Positions 63,395-64,000 of a DNA stretch of 64,000 bases are shown piece by piece; the first letter of the stretch is position 1; each line of letters starts with the position of its first letter. The DNA comes from Trichinella spiralis (taxonomy: Eukaryota). Below the pieces are notes generated by a model. It was not told the origin of the DNA. It ran no database searches and saw only the letters and a list, made by a program, of their open reading frames with translations. The stretch is taken from contig NW_003526943.1 in NCBI RefSeq assembly GCF_000181795.1, positions 7,802,672 through 7,866,671 on the forward strand, read 5' to 3'. The translations under genes were made by a program, and so were the position numbers.

Positions 63395-63437
63395 ACGACG
63401 ACGCTATCAACTGTTACAGAACTGCTTTCCAACAGTT

Positions 63438-63743
63438 TCAATCGACTCTAAATTTTGGCACTTTACCAACGGTTTCCATTTCTTCTTTGTACTTTTCAAA
63501 GCGATATTTACGATTAAAATGTTCCACCTAAAAAAGTCTATTAGTCATGGAAAATAAGCAACATGGAAAAAAAATTCTGTCAGTTACCCAAGTTCTCCGA
63601 CACGATGCTTCGAAAACGTCTTTCAGAGATTTGCACAACTTTTCGTCGTCCTTATTTGCATCCAGACAAGCAAAAAACTGATCACGAGCTGTCCAGCACT
63701 TCCTTCTTTCATCCAAAAGTGGCACATCAGAAGCTTTGCTCAT
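63438..63743 (-). CDS. COA6: Cytochrome c oxidase assembly factor 6 (COX6B family); exons 63743-63588 and 63527-63438
   Basis: P..DERRKCWTARDQFFACLD...C...FEASCRRTW|VEHFNRKY.FEKYK, with a CX9C...CX10C pattern. Confidence 0.9.
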
Positions 63744-63855
63744 AAAAGATGATCTCCGTTTGACTTGACTGAAACTAAGCCTGCATTGCAAAGATTACGG
63801 TAGATTTGCAGGTTTTGTTATAAAGTATACTGTAATTTGTTTTATTCCTCAAGTG

Positions 63856-63960
63856 CAGGGGTAGCCAAAGTGGTCGATATCGATCCCTTGGGGTCGATGG
63901 GACTCTCTAAGGGGTCGATAAAGGCTTAGGAGTCCAATGGGGGTCGATGAACTCTGGGAT
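63856..63960 (+). mobile_element. hAT (Charlie/Buster-like) transposon terminus
   Basis: Starts CAGGGGTAGCCAAAGTG, followed by repeated subterminal GGGGTCGAT motifs. The other end is not in the window. Confidence 0.65.
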
Positions 63961-64000
63961 TGAATATGAACTTTGAAATCCCATCTGAGTAATTTATTTC

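Noticed and set aside
1..64000. CRISPR arrays, rRNA, SL RNA or spliceosomal snRNA genes
   Set aside because: No repeat-spacer periodicity or diagnostic motifs seen; the DNA is eukaryotic.

Overview
AT-rich eukaryotic genomic DNA with short GT-AG introns, from a draft assembly with several N gaps. Gene content and transposon style suggest a clade I nematode such as Trichinella (inference). Recognisable genes, in order: an intronless KH-domain protein (1-999, with an inverted overlapping copy at 57730-58286), DDX49/DBP8, an NK7/ceh-9 homeobox gene with a distant eh1-motif first exon, a secreted C-type lectin, EMC7, tRNA-Glu(TTC), NAA30, SLX4/him-18, tRNA-Ala(TGC), LTV1, PSMA2, ARH3/ADPRS, CARM1, INTS8 (cut by a gap), VPS53 (cut by a gap), PRORP/MRPP3 and COA6. 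Mobile DNA: a truncated FLYWCH-MULE, a second FLYWCH remnant, an internally deleted Gypsy/Mag LTR element with intact LTRs, TSD, PBS and PPT, a deleted Tigger/pogo element and a hAT end. Most interesting observations: a COA6-PRORP-VPS53 operon-like cluster with only 43 nt between COA6 and PRORP; a multi-hairpin element inside the large PRORP intron; an intact gag ORF between clearly diverged LTRs; intact ARH3, CARM1 and PRORP genes in a probable nematode; and a candidate unannotated spliced microprotein. Region 54430-59812 looks like scrambled, overlapping contigs. All gene calls come from motif recognition by eye, not database searches.
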